This document shows, piece after piece, positions 1-11,200 of a stretch of DNA of 44,349 bases. The stretch is from NCBI GenBank assembly GCA_032718475.1, contig JAUCBJ010007190.1:1-44349 (forward strand). Reading direction: 5' to 3'. The position numbers and the translations under genes are program-made. Each line of letters opens with the position of its first letter. Position 1 is the first letter of the stretch. This DNA comes from Nemertoderma westbladi (taxonomy: Eukaryota; Animalia; Xenacoelomorpha). Under the pieces are notes generated by a model. That model did no database searches, was not told the DNA's origin, and saw only the letters and a list, made by a program, of their open reading frames with translations.

Positions 1-624
1 ATAGCATTTAATCCACACACAACCACTATAAATTGAACCACAATTGCTACCGATACACCCCTTCTGATTACCTCAGTAATTAAGAAAGTTAAGGGGGATT
101 TAACGAATTATTCATCAGTTTTCTCCAAATATAACTAACATCCATTAATATATAACAGCAATTAACAATGATACTAACAACAGTATGTCAGAATGTAGTG
201 CCGCGGTGTGATACGTTGTATTGTGTTGTGGTATGTTGTGATGTTACGTATGGTACGATGTGTTGTGCAGTGAGAGTTGTGTTAATAGATTTGCATTCTT
301 ACGACTCTCTTAGGCCACTGATGTTAGGGCAAAAGTCAGAAAATCAGAATGTCCGAATGAATGAATTCTGAATGAATGAATTCTCAGAATTTGCTGTATT
401 GCGTAATTTCTTATAGGCCACTCTACACAGGGGAAGGGAGATCGCTCTGATTGGCCGAAATATATATCAACAAAGCAGATTCCTCACACAAAGGAACAGC
501 TGGTAGATTTTGTCATCCCAACTCTGAGTTTTTTGACAGACACGTAGTTGTACAAATTATAAGCCCTTTAGAGTATTCAGCACATTGCGCAAAATTACTT
601 ATTTTGTCCACAAAAGCTTTTACA
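1..624 (-). mobile_element. 3' LTR (cut by window edge) of an older, diverged BEL/Pao relative
   Basis: Colinear diverged similarity to 1572-2254 (atagcatt..accactata..caattgcta..ctccaaatataac; gctctgattgg; aaaagc-tttaca). Followed by the same PPT-like ccgctccc at 625-632. Confidence 0.75.
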
Positions 625-693
625 CCGCTCCCAGAAAATGGGATTTAAGTCTATAAAATATATATAAAATCACAGTTTCTAATATAAAAATAC

Positions 694-1010
694 TTTTATG
701 GAGTTTCTTAAGACTTGTGAGAGTCCTTTTCTCTTTAGGGCGAGCCACTTTACTAGGAGGGCTATAACTCCTGGGGGAAGGGTGCAATACAATTGCATCG
801 GAAGGGTTAGGATTGCAGTCGGTGTATCCGCCAGTCGAGGTCCCTGGTTGATCGATATCGATATCGGTGGATCGGGATTGGACAACCTTTAGGGCTCGTT
901 TCAGGACGGCAGTACGTACTGGTCCTTGATTGGTTGTCTGTACGACAGCGGTAGGTTGACCGTATGTACCTCGGTTTAATCGCCTTTTCTAATTCGCGTT
1001 CATTGGCTTT
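694..1010 (-). pseudogene. C-terminal remnant of the accessory ORF of the older BEL element
   Basis: Manual translation ANERELEKAIKPR/(frameshift)GQPTAVVQTTNQGPVRTAVLKRALKVVQSRSTDIDIDQPGTSTGGYTDCNPNPSDAIVLHPSPRSYSPPSKVARPKEKRTLTSLKKLHK aligns to ORF 2333..2665. Confidence 0.75.
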
Positions 1011-1057
1011 GTATTCATATGGTCGTCTATGAACTTCTTGTAACTCGGAGTGTGTGT

Positions 1058-1080
1058 CAGGCCCGTATCGTGCAGGGGGG
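1058..1080 (+). mobile_element. Isolated left-end fragment of the hAT-type MITE family
   Basis: caggcccgtatcgtgcagggggg nearly equals the left terminus at 16989 (caggcccgtatcgtgcgggggg); it abuts the LTR start at 1081. Confidence 0.7.
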
Positions 1081-1972
1081 TGTTCGCGCTTTTAGACCTT
1101 TAGCAGTTTAACCTGCCAATTTTAGGTGTCTTCTAGGTTATAAATCGACTTTAACCTATAAGTATTTGATACACATAGAGTTACATTTGCCGAAGCCAGC
1201 CTATGCGCGATCATTCACCCACGGTTAAGGGAGACTGGATTCGGATGCTCTGAGCTTATTGCGGTGTAGACCTACTGTACTATTCGATTGATCGTTAATA
1301 TATAATCTCTGACAAATATTATTCACTTTCGGGAAATATTAACAGTTCCTTTAGGACGTGGCGCTCTAAGTATATAAACAGAGTTATGACTTACACTAAA
1401 CACAACGGGATGGCTAATGATTTTCGTATAAAGCGCATTCTTTAGGAAATGCTTTGTTATCTGTCACACTCATGCACACTACCGCACACTGCTGCACTCT
1501 GATCTGTCGACCTTCACTAAATTTGATCATATATAAGGAGAACAGCAACCGACACATGTAGGGTCTATGAAATAGCATTCAATTCACTCCAAAACCACTA
1601 TAATGTAAGTCACAATTGCTATATGTAACCGGTCTCTCTAACCTTCAGTATATCAAGAAGATTGGGGTTTTATGATTATTTATCGATATTCTCCAAATAT
1701 AACAACATATCCATCAACTTCTAACAATTAATAACCGACAGTAAATAGCAGTAAAATAATGCGGTGAAAGGTACCGTAATGTGATATTATGCGTGACTTG
1801 TATGATAACAGTTATACGTTTCTATAATCAAAGCCGTTCTAATGTTTGGCTAAAGTCTGAAACACAGAATAATTCCAAAGCCGATGTTCTGGGCTCAGGA
1901 AAAAAGGTAAACAAAGACCATAATGCATTGCGCGATTTTCCGCAGGCTTCTGTACAAGATAAAATGAAAATC

Positions 1973-1984
1973 GCTCTGATTGGT
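1973..1984 (-). promoter_or_regulatory. CCAAT (NF-Y type) box in putative U3
   Basis: Minus strand accaatcagagc; conserved in the diverged older LTR (444-455) and present in the 5' LTR (16211-16222). Confidence 0.5.
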
Positions 1985-2092
1985 CGAGTGAGCCGAACAA
2001 AGAAAGCCAAAAGCTCCACATCGACATATCAGCTGATAGATGTCGTCATCTGAACTACAATGTATTAAGAGTATTTTGGCGCATTGGGGCAT

Positions 2093-2210
2093 AAAATGGC
2101 TTGTTATGTCCGCTAAAGTACACATACAGAAAAATGGCTTTTTATGTCCACTAAAACACCTACACAGTAAGAAAACGGCTTTTTATGTCCGCTAAAACAC
2201 CTAAAGAGTA
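2093..2210. repeat. Three ~40-bp tandem repeats in putative U3
   Basis: aaaa(t/c)ggctt(g/t)ttatgtcc(g/a)ctaaa x3. Confidence 0.8.
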
Positions 2211-2254
2211 CTTTGCAGGGAAAATGACTAGCCAGATCCGCAAAAGCCTTTACA

Positions 2255-2262
2255 CCGCTCCC
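2255..2262 (-). other. Short polypurine tract preceding the 3' LTR
   Basis: Minus strand GGGAGCGG immediately before TGTAAAGG; identical at 625-632. Confidence 0.6.
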
Positions 2263-2332
2263 AGAAAATGGGATTTAATTCTATAAAATATAAAAAATCA
2301 CAGTTTCTAAAATATAAAAATACTCTAAACAG

Positions 2333-3883
2333 TTAGTCTTTCTTGCACGGACGGCGTTTACGCAGTTTTTTGAGGCTAGCAAGAGTCCTTTTCTCTTTGG
2401 GGCGAGCCACTTTACTAGGAGGGCTGTAACTCCTGGGTGAAGGGTGCAATACAATTGCATCGGAAGGTTTAGGATTACGGTCGGTGTATCCGCCGGTCGA
2501 GGTACCTGGTTGATCGATATCAACCTCAGTGGAGCGAGGTCGAACGGCCTTTAGAGAGCGTTTCAGGACAGCAGCTCTTACTGGTCCCTGACGAGTCGTC
2601 TGAAAGAGAGCGGTGGGTGGACCATGGGTAGTGAGAAATTTCCTCGGTTTGATGATTCTTTCCAACTCGCGTTCTCGGGCTCTATCGGAATCGATATGCT
2701 TCTCCTCGAGCTGATTTTCCTCCGCTTGTCATTGAAAGCATTCGTCCAAACTCTTGCAGAAAGTAGAGTCGTCCAAGTTCGATATCTTCTTAGAGATTCT
2801 GGATTTCCTGATCGAACTCAGATAAAGCTAATTCATTTACCGCTTGGACTTGCTGCTGCAATTTACGTTTCTCTAAACAATTGTAGGTTCCTTTTCCGAT
2901 CTTTTGACGAATAGTGTCCAACGCGTTTCGTACAACTCTCTCCTCCACCTCGGTGACAGGTTGTATCGGGTTAAACCGGGACGCTGATACGGTTGAATGG
3001 CGATATTAGATGTCCGCATCCCAATCCGGCTAGGTAAGATGGGCGAATATCTAGGGAGCCCACAGCCGGAGTGCCACCGACTAATTGTTCGGGTAACACT
3101 AGATCTTTGAACAGTGAGTACAGTTCGGGAGGATCCGTGATACTATTAGGATCAAGAGTCTGAGGTCTCACTAGGGAGTGAGGAGGTCTGACCGAGTATT
3201 CCGGAACTCTGATCATAGGTTTATTTAAGGATCGTTTGAGTCAAGCGAGCGTAGGTGATACATCGAACAAGTTTCGCTCGAAACTCCCGTAAATATAGCG
3301 AGTAAAACTGTGCTTAGAGCAACGTCTCCGCGGATGTTTATGTCTTTCCGTTTGTTGGTTGGGTCTTGGGCATTCATCGCAATAATACCAAAGACGCACG
3401 TCTTGTAGGGGAAACGCGGGTGATCTTTCTTCAGTTTTATAATGTTTCTCTCAAGAATTCCAAATATACGTTGGAGTCACTGCGTTTATCTGGTTCTTTA
3501 ACGTCTTCTCTTTCAAGTCGATTTCGAATAGAATTTTCGCATTCGATTCTCAGTTTATCGTTCCGACTCCGCTGGGTATGATATTTAAATAGGACCATTT
3601 CCCTTTCGGTGTCGACATCGTCCGTATCGTGTAAATCGATAGGATGACCAGTAGTTAAGAAGTCCATATGCGTACCATTACGATGCGTATAGCGAGCAGT
3701 GAATTTTCGATAGTCCAATTCACGAGGGAGTTGCTCCTGGGACATTGGCGGTTCGATATAACGACCATAGTCCTCCGTAGTAGTTGGACTAGCATCGCCG
3801 CGTATTAAGCTATCAACAAACGCTTGCAACGGTAGAGTATATCGCTCCCTGATACCAAGATCATCTTCTATCAACTCAGTCAT
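2333..3883 (-). pseudogene. Accessory ORF (~500 codons) downstream of pol, now broken by stops and frameshifts; function unknown
   Basis: Same-strand fragments 3437..3883, 2971..3216 and 2333..2665 plus a coiled-coil-like piece (KRKLQQQVQAVNELALSEFDQEIQNL). Ends ~80 bp before the PPT with a basic KKLRKRRPCKK tail. Synonymous bias versus the older copy supports the C-terminal part; joining all pieces into one ORF is inference. Confidence 0.65.
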
Positions 3884-4269
3884 AGCTGCTATATGAGTTT
3901 ATCAATATTATAATTAGTTATAATTAGGCTAGCGGGCGTCGCTGCCTACCCCTCACGGCCCCCGGACAGCGCAAGATCCTCAGCGCCGATGTACCGTCGT
4001 CGCTGTGTTTTTCACCAACGTAGTAGCTACACAACGACAACGATAACCAGCGCGAGTCACTCCACCTTCCGTCCCAAGGGCTAAGATTTACTTCAGGTTC
4101 TTACTGCAGAGGTAGAGCTACTTTCACAACTGCGACTCGCTACTGTAAACACACTTTAGTAGTAACATTCACCTATAAACGCACATATTCCACACAACTG
4201 TCACAAACCGCACACATTCGGGCCATTTGTCCGTTAGTCAAGTGCCTTCCAGAATGCCACGTTATTATT

Positions 4270-5070
4270 ATGTATCCTTGGATACTAGCAGTGTGCTATT
4301 TATTCCTTATGCTATTCAATGGGGCAAGCTTTCTATTGTTCTTTTAACTCGCTTCTAATTCTATCTTGGTTGTTGCTATGGTGACATTATGGAAAGCTAG
4401 CAGTAGAATTAGGTTAATTCTCATGCATACAGATCTGGTATGCTATTTAATAGTAATTCTTTAATTGTCAATATTCCTCTTTATACATGATTTTATGAAT
4501 TTTATCGGCTATTGACTATATATTGGAGATTCTCGCACACTAATATACTTAATAGGGTGAATCTCCGCTCCCATGATCTATTAATTAATGGAATTTTGGG
4601 AATGTTATAAATTGTAATAAAATGACAATTTATCAAATTCATTAAAAAAGATGAATTTGAATTTGATGAATTTATTCCTGTAAATTTTATTATTTATCCT
4701 TAAAACAGACATAATTTTATTCCAGAGCATGTCTGGGGACTAGGATCCTTAATTCTAGGAAATTTGTCCTTTTAAGAGTATCGGTAAGTGCTACGATATC
4801 TTAATAGACTAGAATTTTAAAGGATCTAAAATTTTACAGATTTTAATTTATAGATTTTCTAGAGTTAACTTGTAAGTAGTTACTCTATTGTATCTATTTG
4901 ACAGATTTTATAAATATTAATAGTTAATATTTAAGATGGGCACCGGTTTATTCCAGAACAGGTCTGGGGATGTTAACCATTGATTCTAGAATTTTGTCTT
5001 TCAAGTATATCGGTGGGTGCTGCGATATCTTAATCGACTAGAATTACAGATGGTCAAAGGGTTTAACAGA
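4270..5070 (+). other. Cluster of about ten stem-loops, including a duplicated ~115-nt structured unit (4717-4828, 4948-5068)
   Basis: Inverted repeats read directly, e.g. ctaattcta/tagaattag (4355/4404), gcatac/gtatgc, ggagattc/gaatctcc, taaatattaa/ttaatattta (4911-4933), aattctag/ctagaatt. Confidence 0.6.
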
Positions 5071-5598
5071 TTTATTTTGCATTTTACGCTACTGTTAAAG
5101 GGACATCACGCTACTATATGTATTATTTAATATACGGTATGAGAGCAATATCGCAAGAAGCAATGTCAGTGAGAAGAGGCAAGTCGTTTCCAAGGTCTAC
5201 CCAGAGCTTGGTTTAGCCGAGACACGAGGATCTGAATTTTGCATTCCTAATACTCTACTTACCAATAATACTTGAATATAGTAGGAGCTTTATTGTACTT
5301 TAATAAGTACGGACATTTCATCTTACTGTAGTCACGTATTTATAATGTAATACTGACAGTAAGGAAAGAGAAAATAATTATTTCTCGCCGTCGCACTAAA
5401 TATATAATATAATATAAGTAAGTAAGTAATAAGACTAATATATATTGCACTAATCTACTAGATAATCGCTAAAATAACATTCTACTAAATAAAATTAAAG
5501 AAAACGATTATAATAAAATTACATAATAATACATACATAAATATAAAAATAATAAAAATATATGAAATAATATAGTCACACACTCACTCCAGACGCTG

Positions 5599-6720
5599 TC
5601 ACGTTAGGGAGTCCCTGGATGTTGGTTGGATTAGGGAGGTGGTCGTGGGAAGAGTATCTTGCCTTCCATAGTTTCCGGAGAGTTCTCTGTCTCTTTCCAG
5701 TAAACATAAACGACCAACTGGGCAATTGAGCTGCTGCGTCTCGAAGACAATTCCCGGTTTCTTAAAGTTACGTCGCATGACGATGAGTTCTACCGATCAC
5801 ACCAAACCATCTCATGAGTCTCGATGATACGACCTGTCTGCCACCGCTTACGTGGAAGATCTGACTCCACAATAAGGACCATGTCTCCTGCGCTGACGTT
5901 TTCTTGCTGCGCAAACCACTTAGTTCGAAGTTGTAGCGTAGGCAGATAATGTTTTTTGAAATGGTGAGCGAAACGACGGGATAACAACTGCATAAGTTGC
6001 CAAGTTTGCCTGCAGTATTCGTCTCCGTCCGTGCTTTCCGATCGTGGGAGCATGGCTACAGGTTTCTTCAGTAGGAAGTGCACGGGTGTTAGCGTTTCCA
6101 GGGAATCGGGACTAGATGAGACTGGCATAAGCGGTCTCTCGTTGAGATAGGCGGCGATTTCCTCCATTAACGTCCGCAAAAGTTCGTCGGTGAGATACGC
6201 GCGGCACGGCACTATAAAGTGAAATGCGGTCTTCACGCTCCTGATTAATCTCTCCCAACTTCCTCCCCACCAAGGGGCGTCGGCGGCGTTGAAGGTCCAG
6301 CTAGACGCTGTTATCTTTAGCTGATCGTCCACCTGTCTTTGGTTCCAATCTTTGACGTAAGCCTTGATTTCATTGTTGGCGCCAATGAAGTTCGTTCCCT
6401 TATCAGATCTAATCGTATTACTGTATGATAATTATTGTATGATAAAGCTTACTGTGAACATCTACAATCATCTTGATTTGTATTTCAAGATTTCTAATGA
6501 GTATGAGAAACTTAGTGTCAAAGGATAATGGAGCATTAGTTAGTCTTCCTCCAACGCGTATTAACCCATCTATCATTGTGCTAGAGAAACGATCCCTTAA
6601 GCGCATCTGTGGATTTCTTAACAACAGGAAATACTTATCGGAATCCTCATAGCATTGTAAGAGTCTCAGTATCTGCTTATTGGTTTCTTCATGCTCTTGG
6701 TAACTGATCCTCTCCTTCAG
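5599..6720 (-). pseudogene. Integrase region, frameshifted and internally deleted
   Basis: GLIRVGGRL..NAPL, then a jump to IRSDKGTNFIGA, WTFNAADAPWWGGSWERLIRSVK, LNERPL, LTPVHFL and C-terminal PVGRLCLLE. The CxxC of the zinc-binding domain and the first catalytic Asp are not seen. Confidence 0.85.
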
Positions 6721-6723
6721 AAA

Positions 6724-8202
6724 TTAGTCTGATATCTTGTATTTGGGAAGATCTTTAACAACATGGACCTGAGCAGACGTCAGTGGAGCGGTATCACTAG
6801 CGGTCTTTGTCCTGGAGTAGTGATGATGAAAACATCGCTTTAAATATGTAATGGCCTTACAGAGCCGATTCCAGGAACTATAGTGATGTATCGCTCTCTG
6901 CAGGAGAGGTGAGAGTCCTTGCGAGACGTCTGGTGTTCCAGATTTCCAATCTCTCTCTCTGATTTCCACAACAGACTTATTTGTGGCTGGGGTTTTTGGA
7001 TCCAAAGCATCGTCTCCGGAAGTGTGTAGTACAGACAGATCTATTACGGGTTTAAATAACTTCGATTTACTCGCCCGGGTTTTAGGTTTGACTTTCTCCG
7101 CTCCCTTGGCTTGTCTAATCTCCGCCGTAATAAGATGAGGAGTCCATTCATCCTCTTCCTTGCTTAGGAAATCGGGTCCACCTAACCAGTCTGGAGTATC
7201 TATCAGTTCTTGTGGAGTTGCTCCCCTGGAGGCAATGTCGGCTGGATTATTCGTCCCGGGGCAATGTCTCCATTGATCTATCTTCGTGCGACTAAGTATA
7301 ATGGCTACTCTGTTGGTAACGAAGACGCTGAACTGACAGACTTCATTGGTTATATACTCCAACACGAGTAAAGCATCGGTCCAATAGACAGTTTTCTCCA
7401 GTGGATAGTCGATCTGTTCTGTTACATTCCGGCCGATGGCTGTAGCGTATAGAGCCGCTTTTAACTCTGCTCGAGGAACTTTCAACTTGTTGTTTATCAA
7501 AGCCTTAGAGGTAACCAAGGTGACCTTGATTCCATCCGGAGTTTCAACTCTCAGGTAGGCTACTATACCTATTCCCATATCGCTGGCGTCTCCAAACACA
7601 TGGAGTTGATAGGAATACGTAGGGAGAACATGACCAAAATATGAACGGGAAATTATAAAGTTCTCGATGGATGGTAGAGAATCTTCCCATTTCATCCACT
7701 TCTTTAATAGTTCTCCCTTAAGTGGATCGTCCCATGAGTGGTTTTCAAGCCACATTTGTTGTACTAAACTCCGAGCAATCAATATAACTGGGCTAATAAA
7801 TCCCAATGGATCGAAATAAGTGCTCAGGATACTTAGACAAATCCGTTTAGTCCGAACTGGATTATCTCGCTGTTTTAGCTGGAAAAACAGGATATCTCTC
7901 TCTGTGTCCCATTTCAAACCAAGTGTCTTGGTTTCTGGAAGATCGTCCTTGATTAGGTCTAGATCTTTAACTCCTCGGTCTTCTACCGGGATCGATTCCA
8001 GAAACTCACGGGAGTTGCTGGTGAATTTAGTTAATCGAAATCCACCTCTTTTCAAGCACTCTACCGTTCCTTTGGCGACATCAATGGCTTCTTCCACCGA
8101 TGGGAGGGACTTTAAATTGTCGTCCATGTATATATCCAGTTTGATGTTGTCGATAACCTCTTTGGAGAAGGCGTCCTGGTTGTCATCAGCAGTGGTACGC
8201 AC
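6724..8202 (-). pseudogene. pol: pol segment: RT C-terminal half and RNase H
   Basis: YMDD, GGFRLTKF, FDPLG, HVFGDAS, VPRAELKAA, YWTDA, WRHCPGTNNPADIASRG; out of frame with the upstream RT half near 8210. Confidence 0.9.
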
Positions 8203-11200
8203 TACTGAGCAGGCGTAGTAGGGCTCGAGATGATCCCAAAAGCCTGGATGGTCATCCAGTACTCCACCGGTTTCTGGTTGAAGTCTCCTTCAGGCCACCA
8301 CAGAAATCGTAGGCTGTCTCGATCCCTATCCAGCGCCTTAACTTGTAAGAACATGCCTTCTATATCGGAGGCGAAAGCGATTGAATATTGTCGTAATCTT
8401 AAGAGTATTCCCAACAAGGATTGGAGTAAGTTGGGTCCTGGCAACAACTCGGAGTTAAGGGATTGGCCCATGTAGAGGGCGGAGCCGTCAAATACTACCC
8501 GGACTTCGTTGGGTTTACCGGGTTTGGGAATGTAATGATGTGTTAAATAGTACGTTCTCTCAGTTATGGGTGTTCCTTCCGGTACTCGCTCCGCATATCC
8601 CTTCTCAATGAATTTCTTCAGCTGGGTCTTGTACATCTCCTTAGCTGAAGCATTTGCCGTAAGGCGTCGATGTAGTTGTACAATTCTCTTCTCCGCCAAG
8701 GGTCGGTTGTTTATAAAATTGGGTTCTCGCTGTCGGAAAGGCAGACCAATCTCATATCTACCTTGATCTTTAAGAAAACGTGTAGTTGTTTCCTGTATCT
8801 GCTTGGCTCTTTCTTCTTCTACCGATAGGGCCTTATCATAGGAATTGGGCTCTACAGCCTCTTGAGTAAAGAATCGTACGGCGTGTTCATCACAAGTCTT
8901 CGCGTTGTAGCGATCTATCACTTCATTCAGTTCGTCGTTGTAATCGACTTGTCCCGCTGGATAAATGAGGTGACATAGGTTCACTTGGTTTTGCCAAGTT
9001 TCATTTTCCGTAAGGAGGTCGATGGTATTCTCCTCGTCGAATAGTTGGTGGATATCGTCATTATCTGAGGAGTATGGTGTTCCCTCAGGTGGGTCGTCTC
9101 CCTCACTGGTCTCATCTTCCCATTCACTCACCTGGTAGACCCGTTCTTTGGGTAGCCTTTCCATGAGAGTTATACGGGAAGGTCCAGTAAAATACCAACC
9201 TACTCTAGTTCTTCCCGCATAAGTTTGTAGTGGTTGCGGTTGAGCAGGCCGTTTCTCCAATGTCTCAAGCGCCTCATGCGCATTTTGGCCGATGAGTATT
9301 TGTACTCCAGGGTAGTCTGTGTTGAATCTAGGTATCTCATGTTGCTGGGTGAAATCGTCCTCATCCCAGTTATAAGGTTCCACTTGGCTGGTAGCGAAGT
9401 TCTTTATCGCTACCATTTTTACTGACCTTATGCTGTGTTCTCCTAGTTCATCCTGGGGGGTGGACAACGCGCCTACATAGTAATCTGTAGTTACTGTAGA
9501 TTTCCAAACCTGCATAATTCCTGACATGTTCAACTTAGTTCGGAACTTGGGTTGTCCAGCAAAGATGTCTTTGGCTAGTTCTTTGTCGATGAATGTTCCT
9601 GTGCTGCCGGAGTCAAGGAGGGCGTTCACTATATAGCTCTTTTCTGACCCGTGGACTCTTAACTGCACTACGGGAAATTCTCGGATTCCTACGTTGGAAG
9701 TTGGTGCTTTCCAAGATGGTTGTCGGTCAGGAGTAGTTAGGGGGAGCTCACTATCTGTTTCCTTCTCATACGTAAGTGCTCGATACACTGCGGTATTTAT
9801 TAGGTAACAGGATTCGTTTTCGTCGGAGAATTCATCCGTATAGAATCCTTCCATCTCAGAACTTTGGTCAGTGTCGTTCACATCACTGAATTGAACATGT
9901 AGTTCGGACTCACTTACCTGACTCGGGTTGTTTCTTTCGAATTCAGTGTGCAACAAGATATGATGTTTCGCGCCGCACTTAGCACATCTTGCGTCGGAGT
10001 AACAGTTTCGCCGTTGGTGTCCTTGTCTGAGGCAATTATAACACAACCGCTTATTCCACATGACTTCACGTCTATCTATTAGGGATTTCTTTATGAATTC
10101 ATCACACACACTTAAATGGTGGGGCCCGTCGCACAGCACACATTTTGGTTTGATGTTACTTACCTTACCTTGGGTAACGTTGTGCACACTCGTTCTTTCC
10201 TCGGGCTTTCTTCCATGAATTCTCTTAGGAGACGTAGGAGGAGTTTTTCTTACCTGTTCTCTCCTGTCATTGGTTCGAGACTTAAATTTACTTACGTCTT
10301 TAGGCGCTTTGTTGATATAGTAAGATCTTTCAGTGTCTTTCAGGCTGTCCTCCTCTTGAGAAGCCTGGCTTTCGCCGTCGTCTGTATAACACACTGGTGT
10401 TATCTTTCTCCTAGAAGCGGGTTTCTCACTTACCTTATTTTCTGGTGTCTTCTCTCGGGACTGCTTTAGGAGCTGTAATTTTACCTCTCCATCTAAGAAT
10501 GACATGAGATCAGCCATGGTACGGTCTCGTCGTTGTTGTTCCATCATATATAACACTTTCTTATCCCAGCGTGTACCTACTCCACCCTTTGGCAAAGTAG
10601 ATGCTACGGCTCCAATAACCATAGAACTCTGATATTCATGAGACTTACCTAGCCAATCTAATTGTCTACAGATCTCCTGAATCTCATCGGAAAACTCTAT
10701 AATCCCGCTGCTAATGAACTTTCGGGGCGCTACCAATTTTGCATACAAATACCTAGCTATGTTATTCCTATTACCATACCTGATGTTTAAGGTATTCCAA
10801 ACTTGGCTTAATCCATCTGGATGTCCAATAAACTTTAACGCCATTAACTTGGGAGATCCTTCCAAGCACTCGATGAGGAATCTAAGTTTCTCTCCATTAG
10901 ATAGCACAGAGTTCTGTATGTTATCTTTGTAATATTCATTAAAAGGTAACCATTTCATCTCATCTCCATTGAACTTGACGATCTCTCCCACCTTTACCGC
11001 TTGACGGGCTTCGGTTCTAGCCATTTGACACGTAAAACTTTCTTGGGCCATCGTATTATTTAATATCGAGTTATCGGTATATAAATTTCTCGGATTATTA
11101 TCAGGTCTATATGGAATATCATTGTCAACAGGTCTATAATTACCCTTAATAGGGTTTACTATAGGAGTTTCTACTTCACTAGCAGTATAGATGCGTGTAG

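Larger units (their letters stand above)
1081..2254 (-). repeat. 3' LTR (~1174 bp)
   Basis: 1081-1984 matches 15316-16222 (about 9 substitutions plus one 3-bp indel). The right edge is inferred from imperfect terminal inverted repeats TGTnnnnGCTTTT at both ends, the adjacent PPT and conservation of the junction in the older copy. Confidence 0.8.

Noticed and set aside
1991-1999. Alternative LTR end at gccgaaca (TGTTCG...CGAACA)
   Set aside because: No adjacent PPT and not conserved in the older LTR; the 2254 boundary has both. Not fully excluded because the 5' LTR is truncated.
2333-3883. env gene
   Set aside because: No signal peptide, transmembrane segment or Cys-rich ectodomain visible in the fragments.
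8195-8225. Programmed gag-pol frameshift
   Set aside because: The break is in the middle of RT with no slippery heptamer; more likely an inactivating indel or sequencing error.
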